NCBI GenBank assembly: GCA_030390025.1
Contig: CM059431.1
Coordinates: 135,534,001-135,598,000 of the forward strand
Source: Squalus acanthias
Lineage: Eukaryota
Length of the DNA stretch: 64,000 bases
Direction of reading: 5' to 3'
This document shows positions 24,111 through 37,125 of the stretch, piece after piece. The translations under genes and the position numbers were made by a program. The notes beneath the pieces are model-generated. The model worked only from the letters and a program-made list of their open reading frames with translations. It was not told where the DNA came from and did not search any database. Each line of letters opens with the position of its first letter. The first letter of the stretch is position 1.

Positions 24111-26054
24111 TTTTTATTCGTTTATGGGATGTGGGCGTCGCTGGCAAGGCCAGATTTTATTTCCCATCCCTAATTGCCCCTGAGAAGGTGGTGGTGAGCC
24201 ACCTTTTTGAACCACTGCAGTCTGTGTGGTGAATGTACTCGCACAGTGCTGTTAGGTAAAGAGTTCCAGGATTGTGACCCAGCGACGATGAAGGATCGGC
24301 GATATACTTCTAAGTCAGGATGGTGTGTGACTTGGAGGGGAACTTGGAGGTGGTGGTGTTCCCATGCGCCTGCTGCCCTTGTCCTTCCAGGTGGAAGAGG
24401 TCGCGGGTTTGGGAGATGCTGCCGAAGAAACCTTGGCGAGTTGCTGCAGTGCATCGTATAGATGGTACACACTGCAGCCACGGTACGCCAGTGGTGGAGG
24501 GAGTGAATGTTTAAGGTGGTGGATGGGGTGCCAATCAAGCGGGCTGCTTTGTCCTGGATGCTGTCGAGCTTTTCTTGAGTGTTGTTGGAGCTGCACTCAT
24601 CCAGGCAAGTGGAGAGTATTCCATCACGCTCCTTACTTGTGCCTTGTAGATGGTGGAAAGGTTTTGGGAAGTCAGGAGGTGAGACACTCGACACAGAATA
24701 CCTAGCCTCTGACCTGCTCTTGTTGCCATAGTATTTATGTGGCTGGTCCAGTTAAGTTTCTGGTCAATAGTGACCCCCAGGATGTTGATGGTGGGGGATT
24801 CGGTGATGGTAATGCTGTTGAATGTCAAGACTCTCGCTTGTTGGAGATGGTCATTGCTTGGCACTTGTGTGGTGCGAATGTTACTTGCCACTTATCAACC
24901 CAAGCCTGAATGTTGTCCAGGTCTTGCTGCATGTGGACATGGACTGCTTCATTATCTGAGGAGTTGCGAATGGAACTGAACACTGTACAATCATCAGTGA
25001 ACATCCCCACTTCTGACCTTATGATGGTCATTGATGAAGCAGTTGAAGATGGTTGACCCAGCGATGATGAAGGAACAGTGATAAATTTCCAAATCAGGAT
25101 GGTGTATGACTTGGAGTGGAACTTGGAGGTGATGGTGACTTCGAGGGGAACTTGGAACTGATGGTGTTCTAATTGCCCTGAGGAACTCCTGCAGTGATGT
25201 CCTGGGGCTGAAATGTTTGGCCTTCAACCAGCACAACCATCTTCCTTTGTGCTAGGTAGGACTCAAGTCAGTGGATAGTTTTCCCTCTGATTCCCATTGA
25301 CTTCAATTTTACTAGGGGTCCTTGATGCCACAATCTGTCAAATGCTGTCTTGATGTCAAGGAAATTCAGTTCTTTTATCCATGTTTGAACAAAGGCTGTA
25401 ATGAGGTCGGGAGCCGAGTGGTCCTGACGGAACCCAAACTGAGCATCGGTGAACAGGTTATTGGTGAGTAAGTGTTGCTTGATAGCACTGTCAACGACAC
25501 CTTCCATCACTTTGCTGATGATTGAGAGTAGACTGATGTGGCGGTAATTAGCTGGGTTGGATTTGTCCTGCTTTTTGTGGACAGGACATACCTGGGCAGT
25601 TTTTCACATTGTCGGATAGATGCCAGTGTTGTAGCTGTACTGGAACAGCTTGGCTAGAGGCGCATCTAGTTCTGGAGCACAAGTCTTCAGCATGATAGCT
25701 GGGATGTCATTGCCCATAGCCTCTGCTGTGTCCAGTCCACTCAGCCATTTCTTTATCATGTGGAGTGAATCGAATTGGCTGAAGACTGGCTTCTGTGATG
25801 GTGGGGACCTCAGGAGGAGGCCGAGCTGGATCATCCACTCAGCACTTCTGGCTGAAGATGGTTGCAACCGCTTCAGCCTTGTCTTTGCACTCCTGTGCTG
25901 GGCTCCACCATCATTGAAGATGAAAATGTTCAGGGAGCCTCCACCTCCAGTTAGTTGTTTAATTGTCTACCACCATTCACGACTGGATGTGGCAGGACTG
26001 CAGAGCTTTGATCTGCTCCGTTGGTTATGGGATCGCCTAGCTCTGTCTATAGTA

Positions 26055-26249
26055 GTGAGAAGTCGCACAACACCAGGTTATAGTCCAACAGCTTTATTTG
26101 AAATCACAAGCTTTTGGAGCCTTCGTCACCTGACGAAGGAGCAGCGCTCCGAAAGCTTGTGATTTCAAATAAAGCTGTTGGACTATAACCTGGTGTTGTG
26201 CGACTTCTCACTTTTGTCCACCCCTGTCCAACACTGGCATCTCCACATC
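26055..26249 (+). mobile_element. Penelope-like terminal fragment with inverted pseudo-LTR
   Basis: 12-bp TSD CTGTCTATAGTA (26043-54 / 26250-61); 67-bp arms 26054-26120 and 26146-26212 with one mismatch. Confidence 0.85.
26126..26162 (+). ncRNA. Minimal type I hammerhead ribozyme motif
   Basis: TCAC-CTGACGA-A-GGAGC agc GCTCC-GAAA-GC-TT-GTGA: stem I, conserved core, stem II and palindromic minimal stem III. Confidence 0.78.
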
Positions 26250-27496
26250 CTGTCTATAGTATGCAGCTTCCGCTGTTAAGCATGCATGTAGTCCTGTGTT
26301 GCAGCTTCCCCAGGTTAGCACCTCATTTTTAGTTACGCCTGGTGCTGCTCCTGGCATACTCTTCTACACTCCTCATTGAACCAGGGTTGGTCCCCTCGCT
26401 TGATGGTAATGATAGGGTGAGAGACATGCTGGGCCATGAGGTTACAGATTGTGGTGGAATACAAGTCTGCTGCTGATGGCCCACAGCACCTCATGGATGC
26501 CCATTTTTGAGCTGCTAGATGTGTTCTGAATCTATCCCATTTAGCATTAGCCAAACAACATGATGGAGGGTGTCCTCAGTGTGAAGACAGGACTTCATCT
26601 CCACAATGACTGTGCGATGGTCACAGCTACCAATACTGTCATGGACAGATGCATCTGCGACAGGTAGATTGGTGAGGACGAGGTCAAGTAGGTTTTTCCC
26701 TCGTGTTGGTTCTCTCACCATCTGCGGCACACCCAGACTGACAGCTATGTCCTTCAGGACTCGGCCAGCTCAGTCAGTAGTGGTGCTACCTAGCCACTCT
26801 TTGTGATGGACCAAGACTTCTAGACCTTGAGTATTATATACAAAGTGCTGACTTCTAATCCACAATAATTGTCTGTGTAGAGTGTAATAGGTAATACAGA
26901 TCAGGATCAATCACTTGTTGATTTGAGTTAGCTTTAGTGTTCATGGGATAGAAGGAGGAAACTGGCCTTAACAGCCGGCACTAAGATGTTGAATTTCAGG
27001 CCCTATGGCCTAGACATTTGGTGGTTTATCACCACCCGTTACCGCCATAATCGGGTGAAAAAATGGCAGCTGCCGCTCTTCCGCCAGTTAGCGGCTGGTC
27101 CCATGGCTGCCGCCATTTTCAGGTGGCTGGCAGCAATCACTAAAATCATTGAAATGAAGCAGATCGTGACATCAGTGAGTGTGCAATGCTCACTTGACGT
27201 CCAATCTGCGAGTTTGGACTTTGCTGCTCCACTTACCGGCATGCCTGAACTACTACGAGCTGAGCAAACGTTGAAAAGCAGGAAGGAGGCTCCAGCAGTG
27301 TATTTAAAGGGATCATCAGCAACTACTTGCACCTGACATGTTTCTCTGGTTTGACTAGCTCTGTGCAACTTTCTGCAACTCCAGCAGCTTTATTAACTTC
27401 TTTCAAGGTTCTAAGGTAACAGGGAGTGTTGTTGCAAATGGAGAATGCCTTCATTCTTATTTAAAGGCTTCTGCTCACAACACTTGCTCACAGTCA

Positions 27497-28620
27497 TGGG
27501 GGCTGTACTGGCAGTCCCCCTTGTGCTTGACTAACTTCGAGAGAGAGGGAGTGGTGGCAGCGAAGAATTCGAGAAGATGCGCACACAGGGAGGAGGAGGA
27601 GGGCCAGGAGGCCTTACCCACCTAGGGCCTTCGGAGAGCACTTCTCGTATATCCATTCAAGCAAGGAGCAGTGTATTGGGAGTCTCCTCTTCACCAAGGA
27701 GCTGGTCACAGAACTCTGCCACCTCCTGCAACCAGACCTGCAGCCTGAGAGCAGGGTGACCACAGCTCTCCCAGTGGCAGTCAAGGTCACTATTGCCCTC
27801 AATTTCTTCACCAGCAGATCCTTCCAGTCTGCAGCAGGAGACATAGCTAACATCTCACAGTTCGCCGTCCATCGCTGCCTCTGGGACGTCACGGAGGCTC
27901 TCTACACCAGGAGAAGGGATTACATTTTCTTCTCTCTGAGCAGAGAGAAGCAGGACGAGCACACATGTGGCTTTGCCAGGATAGTGGGCTTCCCCATGGT
28001 GCAGGGCGCCATCAACTGCACACATGTGTCTTTGCAGGCACCGTATAGCAATCCTGAAGTCTTCCGTAACCACAAAGGCTACCACTCACTTAAGGTGCAG
28101 TTGGTGTGCAACCACGCCCAGTGCTTCCTGATGGTCAATGCCCGCTATCCTGGCAGCAGCCATGATGCCTTCATCCTGCATCAGTTCGGTGTGCCAGCAA
28201 CCTTCCAGCCACCACAGCAAACCCGAAGGCGGCTGCTTGGAGACAGGGGCTATCCGCTCTGCACCTGGCTCATGACTCCCCTTCGCAACCCCACCACTCG
28301 TGCCCAGCACGCATATAATGAGAGCCATGTTTCCACCAGGAGCATCATCGAGAAGACCATCGGGCTGCTGAAGCAACGGTTCTGCTGCCTTGATCGCTCG
28401 GGAGGAGCCCTCCAGTACCGGGTGTCCCATTTCGTGGTGGTCTGCTGCATGCTTCACAACTTGGTCATCATGAGGGCACAGCCCTTGCCTCCAGGGATTG
28501 CTGGGACCAGCTCAAGAGGAGGGAGAGGGAGAGGAGGAGGAGGAAGAGGAAGAGCAGGCAGCCAATCCCCCTTCTAGACAGGCTACCCGTGAATGCCTCA
28601 TCGGACTCCGATTCCAATGA
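27497..28620 (+). pseudogene. HARBI1-like DDE transposase
   Basis: ORF 27756-28577: ALNFFTSRSFQ, GFPMVQGAINCTHV (first catalytic D replaced by N), YPGSSHDAFIL, LGDRGYP, IEKTIGLLKQRF. N- and C-terminal parts are frameshifted. Confidence 0.92.
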
Positions 28621-29939
28621 ATAAAACCCCAGATCTCCGTTGCTCACCACTTCGGCATTATACCATCCCTCTGTCATGGAATATCACGGCGTCCTCCTGG
28701 GCACAAAGCTGAAATGACAGACGCCACAAAAGATTCCCCCCAAAATTAATAAATTTATCAAAAATGACCGCACATATTTACAGTAAAAATATGAACTAAT
28801 TGTGCAATCCCTTAATGCCTGTTATTCATGTACCTTTTCCTACTCTAGTGCTCCTACAAAATACTCTCCTAGTTGCTGCAGCTTGGCTGGTGGAAGGCTG
28901 CTGTGTTTCCATGGGGGGGACTTCAGATGGCCTTGCAGGAAGACCTCAAGCAGCTTTGGCCCTAAAAGGCCTGGCTGCAATCTGCACCACCTCAGCATGG
29001 ACGGCAGCAGTCTGCGCTGGCTGGCTCACAGGCATCGGCAAGGCTGAGACTGCATGAGAGTTGTCTGCACTTCTGCTGCAGCACTAAAACTTTGGGTCGC
29101 TTCCACCTGTGCTGCAATGGCAGCCGCAACATCGCCCATCACATGCAGCATCACGTCTGGTCGACACGGTCTCTTTGAGAGTCTTCCACCAATTCCAACC
29201 TGGAAATCCTGGGCTCCAAGCTCTGTGCAAAGCACAATGCAATGTTGGAGGCAGACCCCTCCAGTCTCCTTGACATTGCCATGAGATTCTCTGGCAAGCT
29301 TACCATTGCACCGATCAATTCAGTGTGCATGCTCATCACCCTTCTTCTGAAGGCCGCCCCATCGAGGTCCTCATCTGAGTCCTGTGCAGCAGAGCTGTTG
29401 TGCAAGCTCGCCCTCAGGGGAGCTGACCTCCGAGCTACCCTTTCCCCTGGCCTTGCTGCAGCCCACTCGTGCCCGGTGCCTCACCCTGTGCAGATCCCGC
29501 TACTACACTATCCTCTAACGTACGTGCAGTGCCAGTTTCTGAGCTGGTGTCTGCGAGTGACAGAGGCAGTGATGCAGATATGCATGCATACAGCATCAAT
29601 AGCTTGAGAGTGTTAAGAGATTGTGGGATGAGGGGAAAGTGGGATGTGAGAAGGATTAGGAATGAGCATACCATTGTTGTACCCAAGGGATTCAACCTCG
29701 CCGGCAGCTACGACCTCTATGATCTGCCGCCCAATTATCTGCAGAACTCTCTCCTCCAGCTGACTGAGGTCCTGAATATCAGCCTGTCTCCCGCCTGTCT
29801 GCTGCTCCTCCTTCTGATTGTGAGCCACCTTGGCCTGCAAGAGAAAGAGAAATGTGTGAGTGAGTGTGGTGCAAAGTGTTTAGGTGATGTGCCTACAATA
29901 GTTGAATAGCTGACATTGTGTGCAAAGTGTGAGATGTGG

Positions 29940-30062
29940 GTGAGTTCCAGACCCCCACCAGCCTCTGGGTGAAAAAAATTCTCAACTCCCCTCTAAACCT
30001 CCGACCAATTACTTTAAATCTATGCCCCCTGGTTATTGACACTTCTGCTAAGGGAAATAGGT
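29940..30062 (-). mobile_element. Small CR1 fragment in the Myb intron
   Basis: LFPLAEVSITRGHRFKVIGRRFRGE; similar to 30507-30630. Confidence 0.7.
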
Positions 30063-30299
30063 GGTAAGGTTGTGAGGGTGAAATGAAGTCATGATTTTGA
30101 GGTGTGATTGGTGATAGGTTGAGATTGTTGGTAGGTGAGTTCTGGGGGTGTGGTGCATTGAGCTGTGTGTAAGGCTTGTGGTGCAGATGGTGGGATATGG
30201 CATTTGCTGAAGCCTTCACTCACCTTGACTACTCATGTGAGGTCATTAAACTTCTTTCAGCTCTGGATGGCCGACCTTGGTACCACAGTGCTGGCCGTC

Positions 30300-31473
30300 A
30301 CATAGAATCATAGAATCATAGAAATTTACAGCACAGATGGAGGCCATTCGGCCCATCTTGTCCATGCCGGCCGACAAAGAGTTATCCCGCCTAATCCCAC
30401 TTTCCAGCACTTGGTCCGTAGCCTTGTAGGATACGGCACTTCAAGTGCATATCCAAGAACTTTTTAAATGTGATGACGGTCTCTGCCTCTACCACCCTTT
30501 CAGGCAGTGAGTTCCAAACCCCCACCACCCTCTGGATGAAAACATTTCTCCTCAAATCCCCTCTAAACCTCCGCCCAATTACTTTAAATCTATGCCCCCT
30601 GGTTATTGACACCTGCTAAGGGAAATAGGTCCCTCCTATCTACTCTATCTAGGCCCCTCATAATTTTATGCATCTCAATTAAGTCTCCCCTCAGCCTCCT
30701 CTGTTCCAAAGAAAACAACCCAAGCCTATCCAATCTTTCCTCATAGCTAAAATTTCCCAGCCCAGGCAACATCCTCGTAAATTTCCTCTGCACCCCCTCC
30801 AGTGCAACCACATCCTTCCTGTAATGCGATGACCAGAACTGCATACAGAATTCTAGCTGTGGCCTAACTAGTGTTTTATACAGTTCAAGCATAACCTCCC
30901 TGCTCTTATATTCTATGCCTCGGCTAATAGAGGCAAGTATCCTGTATGCCTTCTTAATCACCTTATCTACCTGTCCTGCTACCTTCAGGGATCTGTGGAC
31001 ATGCACTCCAAGGTCCCTCTGATCCTTTGTATTTCTCAGTGTCCTACCATTTATAGTGGGATAAGGATATTGCCTTGTTAGCCCTCCCCAAATGCATTAC
31101 CTTACACGTCTCCGGATTGAATTCCATTTGCCACTTTTCTGCCCACCTGACCAGTCCATTGATATCTTCCTGCAGTCTGCAGCTTTCTTCTTCATTATTA
31201 ACCACACGGCCAATTTTTGTATCATCTGCAAACTTCTTAATCATACTTCCTACATTCAAGTCCAAATCATTGATATATACCACAAAAAGCAAAGGACCCA
31301 GTATTGAGCCCTGCAGAACCCCAGTGGAAACAGCCTTCCAATCACAAAAACCCGTTGAACATTACCCTTTGTTTCCTGCCTCTGAGCCAATTTTGGATCC
31401 AACTTGCCACTTTGCCTCGGATCCCATGGGCTTTTACTTTCATGACCAGGCTGCCATGCGGCACCTTATCAAA
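30300..31473 (-). mobile_element. CR1 LINE 3' part
   Basis: YINDL..KFADDTK, LYKTLVRPQLEFC; (TTCTATGA)n tail at 30300. Confidence 0.92.
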
Positions 31474-32253
31474 AACGTGCGGTTATCTCCAGCCACATCC
31501 TTCGGGAGGTGTGTGGTGAGGGCTTCCTTCCAGTCTGTGGGAAGAGGACAGCCCGCCTCCTCTTCACGGCCACAACCACTGCCTCCAGAGCTGTGTCAGA
31601 AAATCTCTGGGCTCTCTCCCTTTGAGGATGCTCTGCCATGGCTTTGCAGTTCTTTATTTTGTTCTTCTTCGTCCTCTTCTTCTTCTTCTTCTTCAATGCA
31701 CCTCCCTTTTAAGTATTGAATAAAGCCTGTGCCACACATGACTGGGAATTAGACTGGCTCCGATATTGGTCCACCTCTTGAGCGTTAAGCCAATGAGCAA
31801 CAGTTTTAGTGCTGAAATCATGACTATAATCATGTTAATGAGGAGTGAGCATGAATTTTTTGTGCTACCTAGACCATTTTGAGGTGGTGCAGCTTAACAT
31901 CATTCGGCCTTAACACTGCCCGTTTCATGGCTATATCCAATTTCTAGGCCTATATATCTCACTGTTTTAAATTGTTTACTGTATGTTGATCTAGCTTAAG
32001 TGAATAAAACTATTTTTTGGTTTAAAGTCTTGTCTCAGTTTGATAAGTGTTTATCCAATCTGCCAATCAAAGAGAGGAGAATTCACATGGTGGCATATGA
32101 TGCATTTTTCAGAGTGAGGGTTTTCTGTAATGATCCCTGGGCTTCACTATTGTTTACCTGTATATTGGGCAGAAAAGGAACACTCCAGATTGCAGGAGAT
32201 ATAAGGTCTCCTTACAAGAGTGGCAAATTAAATTATACCTGAAAAAATATCTT

Positions 32254-32875
32254 GGGGTAGAATTTCGAGTGCACCCATTCCTTGCACCTGAATGGTAAGG
32301 ACCAAGGCCACATTTCAATGGAACAGCAAGCCAGCAAAGAGTAAACCAAGATCAGGCCGATCAGCGCCGCAGCACCTCTCAGGTAAGTGAATCCGGGGTT
32401 CACGAAATAGGAGGCTGGGAGGTGGGGGTGGGGGGTGGGGGGACATAGGAGGTCAAGGAGGGGACATCGGAGACTGGGGAGGCACCACGTTCTTTAAATG
32501 TGGGGTCAGGAGGAGCATTCCTGCTCCTACCAACTCCATGTTCAGGTACGTAAATTTCAAAAACTTACCTTGTAGTTCCAGACCCAAGGTCTGATTTTAC
32601 TGAGTCCAGCTAGTGCTGGGGCCAGCTGCCTCAGGGTAAACCAATTTTGTAGTGGGGGGCCTCAAACAAGTGTTAGGCCCCTTATTTGCATATGCAAAGG
32701 GCCTAATGTCGGTTTTAGGCATGGGTCCTGTATGCCTATTTTTCCTTCATCAATATGGCTGGTGACACACATCCGGATGGAAATAGGCGCATGTTTTCTG
32801 CCCACTATATTGGGGGCTCAGTAGGCCAATTAGCACTCGAAAAATGGTCACCGCATTGCTGAATTTATAGACCCT
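32254..32875. mobile_element. Degenerate Harbinger-like MITE
   Basis: GC-rich island in AT-rich DNA with ggggtagaatttc / gaatttatagaccc-like ends; weak. Confidence 0.35.
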
Positions 32876-35296
32876 ACTGCATAAACCCAAAAAGATGCGA
32901 CAGATATATTTGGAATAAAAGAAAAAATGTAGATTAGTTTCATTTTCTCTTAAATTTTAGACATTTAGTTACCCTCACTATAAAAACTCACATACTAAAT
33001 GCTGAGATGGACCATAAAGGTGCTTCTTCATGTTACCTGCCAACATTTATTTATTCATTTACATAACTCTGATATATCAAGGGAACAAATGTATTTATCT
33101 AGTTATAGGGGGTTAGGAAAACACTATGACCTAGAATTTCCTAGAGTAGGTTGGATTATGTATATTTTCCAATGATTGTATTAAAATAGATTGTGCTGAC
33201 ATGGTGTCGAAGGGTTTAAAAATCTGCCAATGGTCTGATCCTGCCAGAAACAGTGAGAAGCATGGCCAGCTGTTTATAGGCAGACTGGTAAAACGTTACT
33301 GTAAAAAGTGTTTCCCAGCTGCAGAAATTACTGCTCATACCCTCCAGACTCTTTAGGCTCAAAATCCTCTCCCTTCCGTCTGTCTCAGCTGATGCTGGCA
33401 GCTAATGCACCTCATAAATTCTTAGTCTAACTTACCCAGAGTGCATTAGTGATGAAAAGCAGGCAATGTGCTGCTGAAATGCGCCAATGCCCATTTTGAC
33501 ATGTGCAAATGAGTCAGTCAGGACTCATCCAGCGGATCACATAAAGGCCATAAAAAGGTGAGGGAACTCCAGCAATGCGTTTTAATGGTGGAAATTGGGT
33601 GTAAACAGCTTCTGCCCCACTTTCTTGCCAGAAAAAAATTCCTGCTTCATTTATGGTGAGCAAATTCACCCCTCTATTTATTGATATTCCAGAAACTGAT
33701 CAAAATACAATGATATCAGTTTTACCGAGCGGAACTATTTGAAGTTCGTTTTAAAATCTTCTCAGTGGAGGTGCAGCCCCTCCTCCATAGCCTGCCCCAG
33801 TACCCTCCTCCTTGCAATAGCATAGTCTACACCTCACCACAAGCAATGACATAGGATCATTTCTGGAAAACCAAGTATATTTCTTAAAGAATTTTTGTCC
33901 ATGTGTAATGTCATGAGAGATCAAGGAGAATATTAAATGTTTCTATCCATGAGCTTCTTACCAACAATTACTTCCACTGAACTCAAACAGAAAAACGGGA
34001 CAATACAAATGAGTTTGGGTAAAACCTGTTCAATGTAAGTTTGTAGATTTGAATTCCTGCCTTTAATTAATACTCCTTTATTTTATATCCAAAATAGGGT
34101 CAAGGAACTTTATCATTTTCAGTTTGAGGTACAGTAACTGAAGTAATGTTCAAGATTTCATATTCTGCAATATAAATGTAGCTTACTACTCTTTGTATGA
34201 ATTACAATTTCATACTGGTCTAGATTTGAAATATATTAGGAAGGGTAAATTAAATTAAATATCGAAAAGCAAGGTAAAAACATTGATCATGTCACAAAAG
34301 ACAAATAAAAATGAGTAGAATAGAAGAAGAAAATCTTAGTGGTCATTTATTAGGAAGCAAATTTGGATTGTTTTCTATTTCAATACGAGCTATAAAATGA
34401 CAAAGAAGCATCTATGATAACTCTTCCTTTTGTCCCACAGCAAGCATTCTAGATCATGTTGCTTGTAGACATAAAAAAAATAATGAAAGCCAAATTTTTT
34501 GTCAAGAAACTGGTTGCAAACTATAAGGGAATCATCAATCTATCAGAGCGTTAACTGTGTCTGCACTGAATCACTTTCAGTTCAAAGCTGTGAGACAGCA
34601 TTCATGATTTTTATGAATATTTCTTAGGAGTTAACAGCATCAATGACAATTATTGTTTGTGTGTTTTCTAAAAAGCATTTTAATAAGCATGAATGCTGCA
34701 TTAATATGGGAAAACATAGACTTAAATGATTGGGACCAGGGACAGTCATTTTATAATGACAATTCAGAAGACTGAAAAACTGTATTTTGAAATATCTTGG
34801 CAATGCATTTGTTAACATTGGATACTCATTTTATCAACAACACACGTTTTATCTGCATTGTAGCAAATAAACAAGTTGGTTAAAAATGCAAATCAATATT
34901 CACAATTAGTTTTCAGTTTTACTTTAATGTACAATTCCATAATTAATTAATTCACGTAGTATTCTTCCTTCCAATTTTACAGACTGCTACAAATTTTTTT
35001 TTTTTTTAAATACTCTCTCTCAATGGTTTCACAGCAATTTCCATAAGAGAATTTCATCCACTATGATCTGAGCTGTAATCTTTACACTGATCTGCCCTTG
35101 GAGAGCCCAAGGGTCAACAATTACCCTATTTGTAGAAAACTGCACACCTGGTTAAACGGTAAATCTTGCTATGCTACCACTATCTTTAAACTAGCGGAAT
35201 ATCAGATGCAGTCTAAAACATTTTATGTGATAAAGTACCAAAAATATTTAGTTACAATGAGATGGAGACATTAAACATAATTCATTGGATACGAGC

Positions 35297-37125
35297 AAGA
35301 ACAAACAATAACTTGCATTTATATAGCGCCTTTAACATAATAAAACGTCCCAAGGCGCTTCACAGGAGTGTTATCAAAAAAAAAAAATCAAAATTTGACC
35401 CCGAGCCATATAAGGAGATGTTAGGACAGGTGACCAAATGGAGGAGAGGGAGGCAGAGAGAATTAGCGAGGGAATTTTGGAGCATAGGGCCGAGGCAGCT
35501 GAAATCGGAGATGCGCAAGAGGCCAGAATTGGAGGCACGCACAGATCTCGGCGGGTTGTAGAGCTGGTGGAGGTTACAGATATAGGAAAGGGTGAGGCCA
35601 TGGAGAGATTTGAAAACAAGGATGAGAATTTTAAAATTAAGGCATTGCTGGACCAGGAGCCAATCGCCTGCAGCGATGGGTGATTGGGACTTGATGCAGG
35701 TTAGGATACAGGCAGCAGAGTTTTGGATGAGTTCAAGTTTACAGAGGATACAAGGTGGAAGGCTGGCCAGGAGAGCATTGGAATAATCGAATCTAACAAA
35801 AGGCATGGATGAGGGTTTCAGCAGCATATGAGCTGAGGCAGAGGCGGAGATGGGCAATGATACGGAGGTAGAAGAAGGCAGTCTTGGTGATGGAGATGAT
35901 ATGGGGTTGGAAGCTCAGCTCAGGGTCGCCAAGGTTGCAAATAGTCTGGTTCAGCCTTAGACAGTGGCCAGGCAGAGGGATGGAGCCGATGTCTAGAGAA
36001 CAGAGTTTGTGGCAGGGACCGAAGACAATGGCCAGAATTTTCAGAGGTAAGAATGGGTGGGTTGGAGGCGTGGGGGGAAGAGAAAGTTGAAAAAATGTGA
36101 ACCCCGACCCCAACCCCAACCCGCCCACTTTCACCTTTCACTCCGGCGAGATGGGGGGGGCGCGGGTGGGCTGCCAACCCACTGACAAGAGACGGGTTGG
36201 TAATTTAGATAATATATTGAGGCCTGAAGCCTGTACTTTAATCTGCTTTACAGGTTTTACTGCAGGCAACTGGGGATCCCGGGGCTCAGGATTCCCGGTG
36301 GCTGCAACGAGGTGGCCTCAGCCTCGGGGAGCAATCCTTGTGGGCCGCGAGGAGCAGGAGTGCTTCCCGCCCAGCCCCCCCAAGCCTGGCCCTCCCCAAG
36401 GTTGGGGTTCGGAACCCCCCTGGGATCAGATCCCCCCCGGGCCTGGAACACTGCCCCCCCTGGGGATCGCAACTGAGCCCTGGGGTCGGGAATCAGACGC
36501 CCCCTCCCTGGGCCTGGAGCAACGCCCCCCCCCACGCCCCCGGATCGCAATTCAGGCCCGGGGATCGAACCCACCCAAACCCCCCTGGGCCTGGAACACA
36601 CCCCACCCCCGGATTGCAATTCAGCCCTGGGGTTGGGGATCGAACTCCCCCTCCCTGGGCCTGAACAACCCCCCCCCCCCCCCCCACTCCCCCGGATCGC
36701 AATTCGGCCCAAGGGTTGGGGATCGGACCACTCCGGGCCTGGAGCACCCCTACCCACGGGCTTGGATCCACCATCCTGGGCCCAGCACTTACCTGTTGCT
36801 GTGGCCTCTTTCTCCGAGTTCCCCGCACGAATGGAAGCCAGCCTGTCAATCAGCCTGACTTCCGGGTGAGGAACCCACCCTTAACGTCGCACGCTCGCTG
36901 TGGCTCCACAGTGTGCCGGAAAACCCGAACTTCCGTATTCTCGCCATCTCCTGGGACCCCCCACACCGTAAGGGTAGGACCTGGGAAAATCCAGCCCATT
37001 AAATGACTTTGAAGAAATTTCTGTCTTCCAATACTGGATATCAGACAAGCAGCGTGACCAATCAGAGGCAGTGGAGGGGTCGAGAGAGATGGTGGCAAGG
37101 TAGAGCTAGTTGGTGTTAGCATAAA
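35297..37125 (-). mobile_element. L2 LINE 3' part, interrupted by a MITE
   Basis: AAETLIHAF, FDYSNALL, LELIQNSAA, FKILILVFKSLHG; L2-type tail aacttgcatttatatagcgccttt..aaggcgcttcac. Confidence 0.88.
36031..36997. mobile_element. Harbinger-like MITE with GC-rich internal tandem repeats
   Basis: Ends ggccagaattttc / gaaaatccagccc; L2 sequence resumes on both sides; about 60-70-bp units GGATCGCAATT..CCTGGGCCTGGA at 36400-36760. Confidence 0.6.

Larger units (their letters stand above)
24111..26812 (-). mobile_element. 5'-truncated APE-RT non-LTR retrotransposon, family B (CR1/L2-group, distinct from canonical CR1)
   Basis: Fragments LDLVLTN, GIYPTM, QFGFR, LDIKTAFDR, FTDD, IYKAQVRSVMEYS; homologous to 57899-60396. 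Confidence 0.9.
28845..31639 (-). pseudogene. Harbinger Myb/SANT-like gene, spliced, interrupted by CR1
   Basis: MAEHPQRERAQRFSDTALE..LF..MWLEITA, then CR1, then ..KKFNDLT*VVK|gtgagt (about 30222); cttgcag|AKVAHN..LEERVL.. (about 29835); downstream coiled-coil-like exon. Confidence 0.75.
27007..31950 (+). mobile_element. PIF/Harbinger transposon with convergent transposase and Myb genes, decayed, with CR1 insertions
   Basis: TIRs ggcctagacatttgg / ccaatttctaggcc; TAT TSD (27004-06 / 31951-53). Confidence 0.88.

Noticed and set aside
27756..28577. Domesticated HARBI1 host gene
   Set aside because: Lies between TIRs with a Myb partner, is frameshifted at both ends, and has a second decayed relative in the window.
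36097..36858. Pro-rich 253-aa ORF
   Set aside because: GC-rich tandem repeats open in many frames within a MITE.
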